From a virus (lineage: Duplodnaviria; Caudoviricetes): a stretch of 56,188 nt of DNA. The notes under the pieces are model-generated. The model was not told where the DNA came from. It saw only the letters and a list, made by a program, of their open reading frames with translations, and searched no databases. The DNA is taken from the IMG/VR virus record IMGVR_UViG_3300030329_001842, positions 1 to 56,188 of that record; one strand, written 5' to 3'. The position numbers and the translations under genes were made by a program. Shown here one piece after another: positions 17,201 through 27,584 of this stretch (positions are counted from its first letter, which is position 1; every line of letters starts with the position of its first letter).

Positions 17201-20200
17201 ATATTCATTCAGCTGATTCTTCTGATAACACATACTGTTCATTCTTAGTTAAAGGTGGTGTCAATATGACAGAAGAGTCTGGTTATTTCAAAATTGAAAA
17301 CCACACTACTGGTATGGGTGGTGCATTACCAACTAATGATGAAGATTGTGTAATATCAGTTTCTTATACTGGTTATACTGGACCTCAAGGAGCGGCTGGA
17401 CCAACAGGACCTCAAGGACCTACAGGAAGTACAGGACCTCAAGGTGCTAAAGGTGCTACTGGTGCTACAGGACCAACTGGACCACAAGGAGCAACAGGAC
17501 CACAAGGACCTCAAGGTGCTGCTGGAGATAAAGGAGGAACAGGTGCTCAAGGACCTACGGGACCTACAGGACCACAAGGTTCTACAGGACCTCAAGGTCT
17601 TGCAGGTGATAAAGGTGGAACAGGTGCTACTGGTGCAGCAGGAGATAAAGGTGCACCCGGTGCTACAGGACCACAAGGAACACAAGGTGCTGCTGGTGAC
17701 AAAGGAGGAACTGGTGATACAGGTGCAACTGGACCACAAGGTGCTACTGGTTCTAAAGGAGCTACTGGTGCTCAAGGACCAACTGGAACTACAGGACCTC
17801 AAGGACCACAAGGAGCAGCAGGAGATAAAGGTGCAACTGGAACTACAGGACCTCAAGGACCACAAGGAGATACAGGACCACAAGGAGCAGCAGGAGATAA
17901 AGGTGCTACAGGAGCTACTGGACCTCAAGGACCTCTTGGAGATAAAGGTTCAAAAGGAGGGACTGGTGCACAAGGAGCAGTAGGTGGTGTTAACTATACG
18001 TTTAGTACTACTACCACAGATGCTGACCCCGGTTCAGGTAATTTAAGATTTAATCATGGTACTATAGGGTCAGTTACTTCTATATACATAGATTTAGCAG
18101 ATACTAATGGTACAGACTTTACAGACTGGATTGATTCATTTGATGATACCGATAGTGGTACATTAACAATTAATTCAGCAGATTCTACAGATTCAACATT
18201 CTGTAATTTTACAGTAACGGCAGTAGTGTCTGCCACTGGTTACAGAAAATTAACATGTACCAATATTTCAGGTACATTACCAAGTAATAGTGAAAGTATA
18301 GTATTACAATTCTCATCATCTGGTAGTAAAGGAGCGCAAGGTTCCACTGGAGGTACAGGACCTCAAGGACCTCAAGGAACTGCTGGTGACAAAGGTGCAA
18401 CTGGTTCGACGGGACCAACTGGACCTACTGGACCAACAGGACCTCAAGGAACTGCCGGTGATAAAGGAGCACCCGGTGCTACAGGACCTCAAGGTTCTAC
18501 AGGACCTCAAGGACCTACAGGTGCTGCTGGTGACAAAGGTGGAACAGGAGCTCAAGGACCTCAAGGAAGTACAGGACCTCAAGGACCTACAGGAGCTGCT
18601 GGTGCTAAAGGAGCTACTGGTGCTCAAGGACCTACAGGAAGCACAGGACCAACAGGACCTCAAGGTTCTGCTGGAGACAAAGGTGGAACAGGTGCTCAAG
18701 GACCTCAAGGAGCTCAAGGTGCTCAAGGTGCTCAAGGAGCTGCTGGTGATAAAGGAGGAACTGGTGCCACTGGACCTCAAGGAGATGCAGGACCAACAGG
18801 ACCACAAGGAACTGCTGGTGATAAAGGTGCTCCCGGTGCTACAGGACCTACAGGACCACAAGGTACTGCTGGTGACAAAGGAGCTCCCGGTGCTACAGGA
18901 CCTACAGGACCACAAGGAAGTACAGGACCTCAAGGTGCTGCTGGAGACAAAGGAGGAACTGGTGCTACAGGACCAGATGGACCTGCTGGACCACAAGGAC
19001 CTACAGGAGCAGCTGGTGCTAAAGGAGCTACTGGTGCTGCTGGACCTACAGGACCAACAGGAAGTACAGGACCTACTGGACCACAAGGAAGTGCTGGTGA
19101 CAAAGGTGCAACTGGAAGCACAGGACCTCAAGGAGATGCAGGACCAACAGGACCACAAGGAAGTGCTGGAGACAAAGGTGCTCCCGGTGCTACAGGACCA
19201 CAAGGACCTACAGGAAGTACAGGACCAACAGGACCTCAAGGAGCTGCTGGAGACAAAGGAGGAACTGGTGCTCAAGGACCTCAAGGAGCTCAAGGAGCTC
19301 AAGGTGCTCAAGGTGCTGCCGGTGACAAAGGAGGTACAGGAGCTACAGGACCAGACGGACCTGCTGGACCAACTGGACCAACAGGAGCTGCTGGTGCAAA
19401 AGGTGCTACAGGAGCAGCTGGACCAACTGGACCTACTGGAAGTACAGGACCTCAAGGAAGTGCTGGTGACAAAGGTGCTACTGGAAGCACTGGACCTCAA
19501 GGACCTCAAGGAAGTGCTGGTGACAAAGGTGCTACTGGAAGCACTGGACCTCAAGGACCTCAAGGAAGTACAGGACCTCAAGGAAGTGCTGGTGACAAAG
19601 GTGCTCCCGGTGCTACAGGACCACAAGGACCTACAGGAAGTACAGGACCAACAGGACCTCAAGGAGCTGCTGGAGACAAAGGAGGAACTGGTGCTCAAGG
19701 ACCTCAAGGAAGTGCTGGACCTCAAGGACCTACTGGTAGTGCAGGACCAACAGGACCTACTGGTGGTGCAGGACCAAAAGGACCAACAGGAACACCTGCT
19801 GGACCACAATACGCTTATAACAACGCTGGTACCTCTGGTGCCACACAGAAAGGTGAAATGGCCTTTAACAATGCAACAAATGCAAACATTACAAACATTT
19901 ACGTTAACGAATATTCAGCAGACGATTCTTCTAACAGTATATCAAGCTGGTTAGCTGACTTAGGTAGTGGTGACCAAGAAGTAGATATAAGAATTGTCGA
20001 AGATGGTGTCCCATCTAATTTCTTAATTTTAAGAGCATCTGCAACAGCATGGTCAACATCTGTTTCAGGTGGACTTACAGAATACGCAATAGGATGTACA
20101 CATACAGCATCTACTGGTACAAGTATACCATTCTCAAACGGAGATACAGTTACATGTTCTTTCAACCCAGTAGGACAGAAAGGAGCAAAAGGACAGAAAG

Positions 20201-21159
20201 GTGCTGCTGGAGGCGGTGGCGGTGGAGGTTCTAAAGGACAGAAAGGACAAAAAGGTGCTACAGGTTCTCAAGGACCAACTGGAAGTACAGGACCTCAAGG
20301 AAGCACAGGACCAACTGGACCACAAGGTAGTGCTGGTGATAAAGGAGCAACTGGTGCTCAAGGACCTCAAGGAAGTACAGGACCAACAGGACCTGCTGGA
20401 GATAAAGGAGCTACTGGTGGTGGCGGTGGAGGTTCTAAAGGACAAAAAGGACAGAAAGGTGCTACAGGACCAACTGGACCTCAAGGACCTCAAGGAGACC
20501 CCGGAGACCCCGGTGGTGGAGGATGTCACTTCCCACCCGGTACTTGTTTTGCACCCGGTACACCAATTATGTTAGCTGATGGAACAACCAAAGCTATTGA
20601 AGAAATTGATGATGGTGAAGAAATATTAATTTATAATACAGAAACTGGTGAGTATGACGTAGAAGTACTTGAACATGGTTCCTACGCTACATACAGAAAC
20701 CACTTTGTAGATTTACACTTTGACGACGGTTCAAAGATTACCTCTACACATGAACACCCTTATTTGACAGCAGATAAAGAATGGGCTATTGTAGAGTTTG
20801 AAGAATGGATGAGAGAAAGATATCAACAAGATACAGTATTCAAAAATTTAAAACTTGAAAGTATATTAGGTATACCAACTGGTGCTAAAGGTATAGGACT
20901 TAAAGGTAAACAATTAGTACAAAAGAAAGTTGTAGATGTAGAAAAACACTGGTCAACTGGTGACAGACAGAATGCAGTATGGAATATTATAACTAAATCT
21001 AACAACTATGTTGTAGATGGTTTAATAGTAGGAACAGAAACAGATATGGATTGGGATGAGATTAATCTTTACGCTATAACTGAATATGGTATGTCATTAG
21101 AAGATATGTATCAAATGTTTGTTGATGAAGGAACACTTCCAGACAGGAGAGGTGAATAA
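14227..21159 (+). CDS. giant collagen-like fibre (2310 aa): N-terminal fibre anchor, six Gly-X-Y segments, five globular inserts, C-terminal Hint domain
   Basis: RIYIKRS...[13 protein letters not shown] anchor; roughly 1400 residues of G-X-Y; CFAPGT..T..HP..VWNI...NYVVDG. Confidence 0.92.
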   Translation: MADNRIYIKRSAKGTDVPSNTDLELGELAINTYDGKLYAKKDDGSASIIEIGAKGATGTKGQKGELSPGPQGPTGADGPQGPQGVAGDKGAQGPQGAAGPQGIQGSQGVAGDKGAQGATGAQGPTGAQGPQGDAGQKGATGAQGTQGVAGDKGATGAGGPTGPTGPQGGKGEPGVGAKGATGAQGPTGPQGPTGSTGPQGPAGPTGPAGDKGGTGPTGPQGNVGPQGSTGPQGTQGTQGPQGQKGDTGADGATGARAGLSYEIELANTTDSDPGSGKLKFNNSTQASATAIYINDSSNDGANVSSWIDSWDSYNTNQPGHITISKSAHTTGTHYVATAELSTITDATNYWKLNFGSLSISNSFSDGDLVILEFHKRGQKGDTGDQGTAGDKGDAGITGDKGQKGAQGAQGAQGAQGVAGDKGGTGAQGPQGTQGAGGPTGPTGAAGAKGATGAQGTAGTKGQKGATGAQGPQGAQGTAGDKGATGAQGPQGDTGAGGPTGAAGDKGATGATGPQGPQGTAGDKGDTGATGPTGPQGTAGDKGATGATGPQGATGPQGPQGATGPQGDKGSKGEASLPASTFLMHVDLTDTTTAPSTNGEIVLNHATLGSVTQLSIYEDDESGGTLDAVLTDMLVTGNRIKIEKKDDITKWVTFEMTGSGADVGDYRTVAVSHEGGASGAATSSFSDEDDVYFSLSMKGDTGPQGPVGPQGPTGPQGPQGAQGPQGAAGDKGAPGATGPQGPTGSTGPDGPTGAAGDKGGTGAQGPQGAQGATGPTGPTGAAGAKGATGAQGPQGATGPQGTAGDKGATGSTGPTGPQGTAGDKGGTGDTGATGPTGAAGAKGATGAQGPQGATGPQGTAGDKGATGTTGPQGPQGAVGPQGPQGTKGATGDTGPQGPQGPTGNQGPQGAEGNVGPTGSTGPQGTRGGVKYKYSSTTTEADPGQGYFRFDSTTIGSITEMYIDDADVNGVDMQTWIRTWDDSDSTSVHKAVIHIHSADSSDNTYCSFLVKGGVNMTEESGYFKIENHTTGMGGALPTNDEDCVISVSYTGYTGPQGAAGPTGPQGPTGSTGPQGAKGATGATGPTGPQGATGPQGPQGAAGDKGGTGAQGPTGPTGPQGSTGPQGLAGDKGGTGATGAAGDKGAPGATGPQGTQGAAGDKGGTGDTGATGPQGATGSKGATGAQGPTGTTGPQGPQGAAGDKGATGTTGPQGPQGDTGPQGAAGDKGATGATGPQGPLGDKGSKGGTGAQGAVGGVNYTFSTTTTDADPGSGNLRFNHGTIGSVTSIYIDLADTNGTDFTDWIDSFDDTDSGTLTINSADSTDSTFCNFTVTAVVSATGYRKLTCTNISGTLPSNSESIVLQFSSSGSKGAQGSTGGTGPQGPQGTAGDKGATGSTGPTGPTGPTGPQGTAGDKGAPGATGPQGSTGPQGPTGAAGDKGGTGAQGPQGSTGPQGPTGAAGAKGATGAQGPTGSTGPTGPQGSAGDKGGTGAQGPQGAQGAQGAQGAAGDKGGTGATGPQGDAGPTGPQGTAGDKGAPGATGPTGPQGTAGDKGAPGATGPTGPQGSTGPQGAAGDKGGTGATGPDGPAGPQGPTGAAGAKGATGAAGPTGPTGSTGPTGPQGSAGDKGATGSTGPQGDAGPTGPQGSAGDKGAPGATGPQGPTGSTGPTGPQGAAGDKGGTGAQGPQGAQGAQGAQGAAGDKGGTGATGPDGPAGPTGPTGAAGAKGATGAAGPTGPTGSTGPQGSAGDKGATGSTGPQGPQGSAGDKGATGSTGPQGPQGSTGPQGSAGDKGAPGATGPQGPTGSTGPTGPQGAAGDKGGTGAQGPQGSAGPQGPTGSAGPTGPTGGAGPKGPTGTPAGPQYAYNNAGTSGATQKGEMAFNNATNANITNIYVNEYSADDSSNSISSWLADLGSGDQEVDIRIVEDGVPSNFLILRASATAWSTSVSGGLTEYAIGCTHTASTGTSIPFSNGDTVTCSFNPVGQKGAKGQKGAAGGGGGGGSKGQKGQKGATGSQGPTGSTGPQGSTGPTGPQGSAGDKGATGAQGPQGSTGPTGPAGDKGATGGGGGGSKGQKGQKGATGPTGPQGPQGDPGDPGGGGCHFPPGTCFAPGTPIMLADGTTKAIEEIDDGEEILIYNTETGEYDVEVLEHGSYATYRNHFVDLHFDDGSKITSTHEHPYLTADKEWAIVEFEEWMRERYQQDTVFKNLKLESILGIPTGAKGIGLKGKQLVQKKVVDVEKHWSTGDRQNAVWNIITKSNNYVVDGLIVGTETDMDWDEINLYAITEYGMSLEDMYQMFVDEGTLPDRRGE
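16552..16823 (+). repeat. 101-bp exact direct repeat inside the collagen gene (16552-16652 and 16723-16823)
   Basis: Identical copies of ggacctacaggagcagctggtgctaaagg...ggtgcaactgg. Confidence 0.8.
19447..19554 (+). repeat. perfect 54-bp tandem duplication inside the collagen gene
   Basis: ggacctcaaggaagtgctggtgacaaaggtgctactggaagcactggacctcaa, two copies. Confidence 0.85.
20545..21036 (+). other. Hint (Hedgehog/intein) autoprocessing domain starting at Cys2107
   Basis: Block [19 protein letters not shown], block B TSTHEHP, block F VWNI..NNYVVDG; ends LIVGT instead of VHN. Confidence 0.85.
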
Positions 21160-21368
21160 TGGACGATTGGGAAAGAGAAGAGTTACTTATCCGTATGGAT
21201 GAGAGAATAAAAACCATTTATAATAGAATGGATAAATTTGAAAATCTCTTCACTAATCACTTAGCACACCACGAAATGTGGGAGAATGATATTAAGACGT
21301 CTTTACAACGCTGGTTAGCTGTATTAGTTACAGCAGCTGGTGGAGCGGGCGCAATGGGGATGATGTAA
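21159..21368 (+). CDS. small coiled-coil protein with C-terminal TM (holin/hemolysin-like)
   Basis: LIRMDERIK...; hydrophobic C-terminus; GAGGTGA SD. Confidence 0.6.
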   Translation: MDDWEREELLIRMDERIKTIYNRMDKFENLFTNHLAHHEMWENDIKTSLQRWLAVLVTAAGGAGAMGMM

Positions 21369-21369
21369 A

Positions 21370-21840
21370 ATGGCAATAACAAGAGATTCGACAATGACGT
21401 TAGATACGTTAGGAACAAGAGTCAGATTACTGACAGGTATCGAAGCTGTAGAAGTAGACGATACTGATTTGTCGGTTCTCATGACAATGGCGATAGAATG
21501 GGTAGAAGAGCAGGAAGGTACTTCATTTACAGTGAATACCAATGATTTAGTAGACCAAGCAGTATGTTACTACACTTCATATTTATTATGTGTAGCACAG
21601 AACGGTATGGGAGTAGAAGATATGAAGATTGGAGATATCTTTATGTCTTTCACTAAGGAAGACCCATATGGTAAATTCTTAGACATGGCAAATGAAGCTT
21701 TGTTACAAAAGAATGCACTAAGTATTAAAACCTCTACCTATAATGCAGATTCAAGTCTTGGAGATATAGACTGGAAAAAGAATATTGATGGTTCAGGCAG
21801 TACATTAAATGTGCGCCAGAAACCCCGCAATATAGGATAG
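21370..21840 (+). CDS. putative head-tail adaptor
   Basis: Position; helical; RVRLLTG...DQAVCYY. Confidence 0.6.
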   Translation: MAITRDSTMTLDTLGTRVRLLTGIEAVEVDDTDLSVLMTMAIEWVEEQEGTSFTVNTNDLVDQAVCYYTSYLLCVAQNGMGVEDMKIGDIFMSFTKEDPYGKFLDMANEALLQKNALSIKTSTYNADSSLGDIDWKKNIDGSGSTLNVRQKPRNIG

Positions 21841-21844
21841 GTAT

Positions 21845-22825
21845 ATGGCACATAATGTTAAACTAGGTAGAGTAAACATGCCTAAACTTCTTAGGCAAAT
21901 GAGACATCGTACAAGTCAAGTACGTGACCTAGTTTTCATTAGAGACCCAATATATAGAAAGTCAACTAAAACAACTAAAGTAGGTGGCTCTGCATTAGCA
22001 GGTCCAGCTGTAAATTTTGGTTATGAACAAGATAGTTATGCAGCGCAATCTGCGGGCACTGATGCATCTTACCATGTAAACACACCAGAACTAGTTCTAC
22101 CGGGCCTTAAATGCCTCCAAAGCCCTATTGTTAGCCGTACTGGTGAATTAGAAAGAACAGGACATAGGATTACAGGAGCTTGTACATTCTATATGCCTTC
22201 ATTAGATTATATTTTAGCAATGGATAATTTTAGTGAAACAACTCAATTTAACGAGTTAGAATCCTTTGATAAATTAATTGATGTAGAAAGAATAATAGAA
22301 AAGATAGATGATTACTCAGCTACAGCTACTTCTCACACAGTTAAAACTTTCGCAGATAAAACAGCTGGTTATCAAATAGATAGGCTTCAATTTAAAATAA
22401 AGTCGGGCACTACATTAACGAAGATAGCTCTAAGTGGTAACGAAGGGGGCTCAACTAAGAGTCTTACATGGAGCGGTTCATTGGCTCTATCTAGCAGCGA
22501 GTATGTCACTATAGATGTACCTCTAAGAGATATAGCTGTTTCTGATAAAACATCAGTCTATAAAGATGGTGTTAGAACAGAACTTACAGCTGGCACAGAT
22601 AACACTATATTAGATATAGATAAGCTCTATGGTGCATCCACATATGATTTATTGAGCCTAGTGCTTACTACAAGCTCTGGCTTAGTAGAGCTTAAAGATA
22701 TAATATTATATAAAGAAGCTGAATGGAGAATAGATGGCATTAAAGAGTATAGAGATGAATATATGGAGATAGGTGCTGTAAGAGTAAGAGGAGAAAGAGG
22801 AAGTAGGAGGAGAACATATGGCTAA
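21845..22825 (+). CDS. putative head-closure/neck protein with an inserted beta domain
   Basis: Position in the neck module; T/S-rich beta insert. Confidence 0.45.
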   Translation: MAHNVKLGRVNMPKLLRQMRHRTSQVRDLVFIRDPIYRKSTKTTKVGGSALAGPAVNFGYEQDSYAAQSAGTDASYHVNTPELVLPGLKCLQSPIVSRTGELERTGHRITGACTFYMPSLDYILAMDNFSETTQFNELESFDKLIDVERIIEKIDDYSATATSHTVKTFADKTAGYQIDRLQFKIKSGTTLTKIALSGNEGGSTKSLTWSGSLALSSSEYVTIDVPLRDIAVSDKTSVYKDGVRTELTAGTDNTILDIDKLYGASTYDLLSLVLTTSSGLVELKDIILYKEAEWRIDGIKEYRDEYMEIGAVRVRGERGSRRRTYG

Positions 22826-23219
22826 ATCGAATAATGTTTATACTCATGGATACAATTGTAAACTTGATAGAGTTGTAGATGGTGATACTTGTGATGCCAT
22901 GATTGATTTAGGTTTTAGCACATGGAAAAAAATAAGAATACGCTTTTACGGAGTAGATACTTGGGAAAGTAGAACCAGAGATAAAGAAGAAAAAAAGAAA
23001 GGTTTAGCTGCTAAAGCGTATGTTAAAGATTTATTAGAAAACTCAGATGATGGTAATTTTACTATTATATCACATGGTGTAGGAAAATATGGAAGATGTT
23101 TAGGTGAATTATTTGTTAAAGGACATGAAGAATCAGTTAACGAATTATTAAAAATAAATGGACATGCGTATGAATACCATGGTGGAACTAAAAAAGTATA
23201 TGGAGTAAAAGGAGATTAA
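22818..23219 (+). CDS. staphylococcal nuclease (thermonuclease) homologue
   Basis: RVVDGDT..IDLGF..RIRFYGVDTWESR...GKYGRCLG. Confidence 0.9.
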   Translation: MAKSNNVYTHGYNCKLDRVVDGDTCDAMIDLGFSTWKKIRIRFYGVDTWESRTRDKEEKKKGLAAKAYVKDLLENSDDGNFTIISHGVGKYGRCLGELFVKGHEESVNELLKINGHAYEYHGGTKKVYGVKGD

Positions 23220-23220
23220 A

Positions 23221-23730
23221 ATGGCAAAGGATTATTTAAATGTAATAGAAAGAGCCCTAATAATGGGTGTAAGTGATAAAATAAATTCTGTAACAGATAC
23301 AGGTGATGACATATATTGTTATGGTCAGTTTCCTGAGACAGAAGAATTAAAGTTCCCAGCAGTTGTAGTACAACAAGTAGCTTCTGGTATAGAAGAGAAG
23401 TTTATGGGAGAAAAGATAACTTTCGGAGATTCAAACACATTATCTACAGGTGAAGCTTATGGTATAGGATTCATGATTCATCTGCTTATAGATAAAGATA
23501 CTAAAATAACAGTTGATAGCGTAGACTATAAACAAAGAAGATTATTAAATTGGTTAATGTTAAACGTAGCTAATGCACTTAATGATATAGACTGGGACGA
23601 TTATGAAGAGGAGGATTTAGAAATACTACAAAGAAATGTATTGGCTTGGAATGACGTAGGTCACATGCCACAAGTTCAATGGTATGGAGCCACCTGTCGT
23701 ATGTCAGTAGTATTCTTGAATAAGAGATAA
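23221..23730 (+). CDS. putative tail terminator/completion protein
   Basis: FP..KFPAVVV motif; position before the tail genes. Confidence 0.55.
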   Translation: MAKDYLNVIERALIMGVSDKINSVTDTGDDIYCYGQFPETEELKFPAVVVQQVASGIEEKFMGEKITFGDSNTLSTGEAYGIGFMIHLLIDKDTKITVDSVDYKQRRLLNWLMLNVANALNDIDWDDYEEEDLEILQRNVLAWNDVGHMPQVQWYGATCRMSVVFLNKR

Positions 23731-25835
23731 TGGCTAAGAGAAGTGTTCAACTTACACCAGTAAAGAAAACACATAGTTTTGGTAGAAAGACTAAAGACGG
23801 AACATCTAAGGGTGTTTTCGGAAGTCGTAAATGGGCAGAGTTTAGTGGAGTCGGAAAAGGTCCTTTAGTCCAAAGATTTAGACATGAAACTTTTCAGGAA
23901 CAAGCATATAGAGAAGGTGGTAGTCGTACTGGCAAAGGTGTACAAGTTAAAAAAGCAGAACTCCAACCCGGTGAAGAATTTGACCCACAGAAACACTTTC
24001 CACAAGCACCTATGCCTGTTGATAAGGTTGCAGCGTCACCCGGTGCTATATTTACATTAACAGGAGGTTTTTATCCTACCTTCACAGATGACTTTGCAAA
24101 TATGGATAGATATTATAAACAATATGCAGCAGGAATGATTCTAGTTCAAGAATCTTTAACAATGCAAGGTCCCGGAGCTACCTTTTTGCGTGGTAACCAT
24201 GTATGGTATAACTATGCGAAAGATTATATTCCTGAATTAAAAAAAATAGTTGCAGAGATACCCAGCGAACTTAATCTAAAGAAGAAAACTTTAGTAGATG
24301 ATGAACACAGTGATTATTTAGATATAATGATGTCATATTTAAATGGTATAGAACATTACTCTAGAAATTTGTTAACATCGTGGAGAGAAGCCATGGGAAC
24401 ACATATGGCAAAAACGGCGACATTAGTATCTGATAAAGATTATGAAGATACAGCAGACGCAAGGAATGCACAACAAGCGCCTGAAGAAGCTATACCAAAC
24501 TTATTAGAACAACTTTTAGGTCCTGATGTATTTAACGCTTTGACAGGTGATGACGCTGAAATGGTAACATATGGCGGTGCACACTCTATAGATATAATGT
24601 TTCGGTTTGGTGAAAAACTATATGTTATTGATGTTACACAATCGGATATAGCTAAAGGTTCTACTCACACTTCTATTGGAACGTTTAAACAATTAACAGC
24701 ACAAGAAAAGCAAGATTTCGAAGGAACTTTAGACGAAGCTAGAGAAGATAAAATAAGAAAACATTTTGAATACTCAAGAGATAGTATAAACATGTTAATA
24801 CAAGATATCCACGGGGTATTAAAACAGGCAGGTTATACGGGTTTACAAAATGAAGGTGAGATGAGAAAGGCTTTACAAAAAATGCAAAAGGAAGAGAAAG
24901 GTTTTGTAAGGGCCGATACAGGTAAAGCTGGAGAAGGACTCAGAGGTTCAGATATTGAAAAGACTATAAGAAAATTTAACGGTGAATATAATAATCTATT
25001 AGCATCTGGTGCTAAAAGATTAGCAATTAAAGAAACCTTTGAAGCAGTTATGCACATTCTCGGTGGTACATTCCAAGCTACCGATGATTTTCATGATATA
25101 ATGGTAGTAAGTTTAGACCCTAATGAAAAATGGTTAGTTGGACCTAATTGGAGTTTATCACACAGCGGAAAATTCCCTCAATTAATATTAAAAGACGTAA
25201 TGTTTAATATAGACCATAACTTTTATATGGACTGGTTTATGAAAACACATTTATTTGGATTGAAAGATGATGAAGGAAAAGCAGTTTTTGATGATGCAAT
25301 GAGAATACAAATTATAGAAGCAGCTAACGCGTTATGGAATAGAGATTCGATGTATGTTGTAGGTGAAGGAATAACTACTGGACAAATTACAACATCAGCT
25401 GAAGCACTACCTACTATGGCAGGTTATCAAGTGGCTGGTGGAGCTGTGGTTTTTGAACCAAGTACATTAAATGAAGATTTAGCAGAAGCCTTACAAGAAG
25501 TTATAGATGAATCTGTAAATAACCCAAGTTCTTTTGGAGGTAAGACACAAGAAGTTTTACAAAAAGGAATGATTGAGGCATCAAGATTTAGTGCACAATG
25601 GAATAGAGGTTCTATAGGTAGTCAAACAATGTTAGGTATGGCGCAAAATGATATAGGTTCTGAATATGAAACTCTTATGGAAGGTATGCATGATGCTATG
25701 CAAGCAGATGACCCTGATAAATACATACCTATGAATAAACTTTTACGTAGTAAAACATGGGTAGCCCCTTATATTGGTGTACATTATCAAGGTGGACGTT
25801 CTCAAAAGGTAGAAACGATGCTTGGTGCATACTAA
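23730..25835 (+). CDS. hypothetical virion-module protein (701 aa)
   Basis: Long ORF with codon usage like its neighbours; no motif recognised. Confidence 0.75.
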   Translation: MAKRSVQLTPVKKTHSFGRKTKDGTSKGVFGSRKWAEFSGVGKGPLVQRFRHETFQEQAYREGGSRTGKGVQVKKAELQPGEEFDPQKHFPQAPMPVDKVAASPGAIFTLTGGFYPTFTDDFANMDRYYKQYAAGMILVQESLTMQGPGATFLRGNHVWYNYAKDYIPELKKIVAEIPSELNLKKKTLVDDEHSDYLDIMMSYLNGIEHYSRNLLTSWREAMGTHMAKTATLVSDKDYEDTADARNAQQAPEEAIPNLLEQLLGPDVFNALTGDDAEMVTYGGAHSIDIMFRFGEKLYVIDVTQSDIAKGSTHTSIGTFKQLTAQEKQDFEGTLDEAREDKIRKHFEYSRDSINMLIQDIHGVLKQAGYTGLQNEGEMRKALQKMQKEEKGFVRADTGKAGEGLRGSDIEKTIRKFNGEYNNLLASGAKRLAIKETFEAVMHILGGTFQATDDFHDIMVVSLDPNEKWLVGPNWSLSHSGKFPQLILKDVMFNIDHNFYMDWFMKTHLFGLKDDEGKAVFDDAMRIQIIEAANALWNRDSMYVVGEGITTGQITTSAEALPTMAGYQVAGGAVVFEPSTLNEDLAEALQEVIDESVNNPSSFGGKTQEVLQKGMIEASRFSAQWNRGSIGSQTMLGMAQNDIGSEYETLMEGMHDAMQADDPDKYIPMNKLLRSKTWVAPYIGVHYQGGRSQKVETMLGAY

Positions 25836-25839
25836 ATTA

Positions 25840-25855
25840 GCGAAAGCTTTATATA
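25840..25855 (+). promoter_or_regulatory. BRE/TATA promoter of the tail operon
   Basis: GCGAAAGCTTTATATA. Confidence 0.75.
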
Positions 25856-25911
25856 CTACCGTCTGCTATTAGTATATACATACGTTCGACGGAACGTAGG
25901 AGTAACAAAGT

Positions 25912-26637
25912 ATGGCATACTATTTAGGCAGAGATTTAGATTTCGCCCTTACGACAGAAAACGTAAGTTATGGGATTATTGCAGCTCAGGCAGCTAATGT
26001 AGGAGAGCAGATTGCAGAATTGAGAGATTTTGCAAATGCTTCTTCTATAACAAACTGGGATGAATCTGCAATGACAGGAGGAGCAGCAGGTGCTCTTTTT
26101 GCTGGACCAAAAAAACAGACCTCTAACACTGTATTTGGAGACATGAGTGCTTCAATCGGTAGTGGGACTGAAGATTGGAACAACAGACCAGCAAACTTAA
26201 CTTCAGTTGATTTGTCAGTAAGTACACAAGACGAAGATGTTCAATTTATTGGACAAAGAAACGTCTTAAAGGCAGAAGTAAAGAAAGAAAACAGCGTAAC
26301 TATCACTCGTAAGAAATCAAACGAGGTATGGAACGTAGCATATAACGCAGCAAGATTTGGTGTATCTGAAACACCAACAGGAGACAGTTCAGTAGGAGAC
26401 GGTAAATATCAACCCGATTTTACAGGATATGGATATAGAGTTTATATTCAACTAGCAAGTGGAGCATCAGGAGAAACTTTGATTTTACCTAATTGCTGTA
26501 TCACAGATTATTCAGTAACTGTATCCCCAGACGCTTCTCAGGAAGAATCATTAACTTTCATGAGTTATGTAAACCCAATTATTATAACAGGTGCAGCTAG
26601 CACAGACCAAATTGGCGATGCAACAGGAGGACTATAG
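25912..26637 (+). CDS. putative major tail (tube) protein, paralogue 1
   Basis: MAYY.G.D start, QDEDVQFIG, SVTITRKK, LPNCCITDYSV...EESLTF. Confidence 0.65.
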   Translation: MAYYLGRDLDFALTTENVSYGIIAAQAANVGEQIAELRDFANASSITNWDESAMTGGAAGALFAGPKKQTSNTVFGDMSASIGSGTEDWNNRPANLTSVDLSVSTQDEDVQFIGQRNVLKAEVKKENSVTITRKKSNEVWNVAYNAARFGVSETPTGDSSVGDGKYQPDFTGYGYRVYIQLASGASGETLILPNCCITDYSVTVSPDASQEESLTFMSYVNPIIITGAASTDQIGDATGGL

Positions 26638-27360
26638 ATGGCTTATTATACAGGAACAGACGTAAAAGTATGGATTCAAACAGAACACGCATCAAGAGGA
26701 ATCCAAGTTAACTCAAATCAATTAGAACAGGTTGACAACTCTGGTGATGCTTATGACCAAGTAGAAATATTCGGACGCAACCTTGTAGGTAAGTCAGGAT
26801 ATAACTTACCAGATATCACTGGTGTCGATATAACCCAAGGTGCACAGGATGAAGAAATATCTTATTTCGGAACTAAAACACCCGGTAAAATCGAAACTAA
26901 AGCAGATATGAGTGTAACACTAACCAGAAAGAAGAGTGATAAATTATGGTCTACTCTAGCACAAGGTGACACCGCATCAGGAAAAAGTTTCGGTAGTGGT
27001 GGACACGGTGGAAGATGGGGATTAACCCTTAATTCCGGTGGTAGTGGAGCAGCTGATATGGTTCTAAATGATGGAACTGTAGACCCTAAAGGTGCAAAAG
27101 ATGAATCTGGAAATCAATCTTATGGTTTCAGAGTGGCTATTCAATTAAAAGCAGCCTCATCTGGAAATTCAGACGGTGCTGTTCTATTACTTAGAAACTG
27201 TACCATGGGACAATATACCACAACCATGAGTAATGATACTGCTAACGAAGAAACAATTGAGTTTGTTTCTATGGTTAAACCATTAATACTAAACGGAAAA
27301 ATACACACTGATGGCTACTTTGACGCAGGTCAAGATGCTACAGCCGCAGCGGATATGTGA
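26638..27360 (+). CDS. putative major tail (tube) protein, paralogue 2
   Basis: MAYY.G.D, QDEEISYFG, SVTLTRKK, LRNCTMGQY...EETIEF; clearly homologous to the upstream gene. Confidence 0.65.
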   Translation: MAYYTGTDVKVWIQTEHASRGIQVNSNQLEQVDNSGDAYDQVEIFGRNLVGKSGYNLPDITGVDITQGAQDEEISYFGTKTPGKIETKADMSVTLTRKKSDKLWSTLAQGDTASGKSFGSGGHGGRWGLTLNSGGSGAADMVLNDGTVDPKGAKDESGNQSYGFRVAIQLKAASSGNSDGAVLLLRNCTMGQYTTTMSNDTANEETIEFVSMVKPLILNGKIHTDGYFDAGQDATAAADM

Positions 27361-27368
27361 GGTGAATA

Positions 27369-27524
27369 ATGGCTAAAGAAGAAAAAAAATCTGAAGAAAA
27401 GAAGGTTGAAGAACCTGTCGAAGAAAAGGTTTTAAATCGTCTCTATGTAGATGGAGATGGTAAAAAGTACACTTGGACCATGAAGAGTGGTGCAACTGAA
27501 CCAATTAAGATATATTATAAATAA
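27369..27524 (+). CDS. small K/E-rich protein (51 aa)
   Basis: GAGGTGA SD; MAKEEKKSEEKKVEEPVEEKVLNRLYVDGDGKKYTWTMKSGATEPIKIYYK. Confidence 0.65.
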   Translation: MAKEEKKSEEKKVEEPVEEKVLNRLYVDGDGKKYTWTMKSGATEPIKIYYK

Positions 27525-27540
27525 TCTTAATTAAACAAAT

Positions 27541-27563
27541 TATGGGGGTGAAATTCCCCCATA
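27541..27563 (+). terminator. hairpin
   Basis: TATGGGGG-tgaaatt-CCCCCATA. Confidence 0.5.
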
Positions 27564-27584
27564 CAATATAAAGGAGAAAAAGAA

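Noticed and set aside
14380-20510. Repeated DNA units resembling a CRISPR array or DGR template/variable repeats
   Set aside because: Repeats are in-frame Gly-X-Y codons without unique spacers; no cas operon or reverse transcriptase in the window
14456-20575. Long alternative-frame ORFs over the collagen gene (LKDLKE- and SRSC-rich, up to 522 aa)
   Set aside because: Shadow frames of repetitive GGA/GGT-CCW-CAA codons that happen to lack stops; no SD or promoter
20545-21036. Mobile self-splicing intein
   Set aside because: No terminal His-Asn plus Cys/Ser/Thr and no homing endonuclease; better read as a Hint cleavage domain
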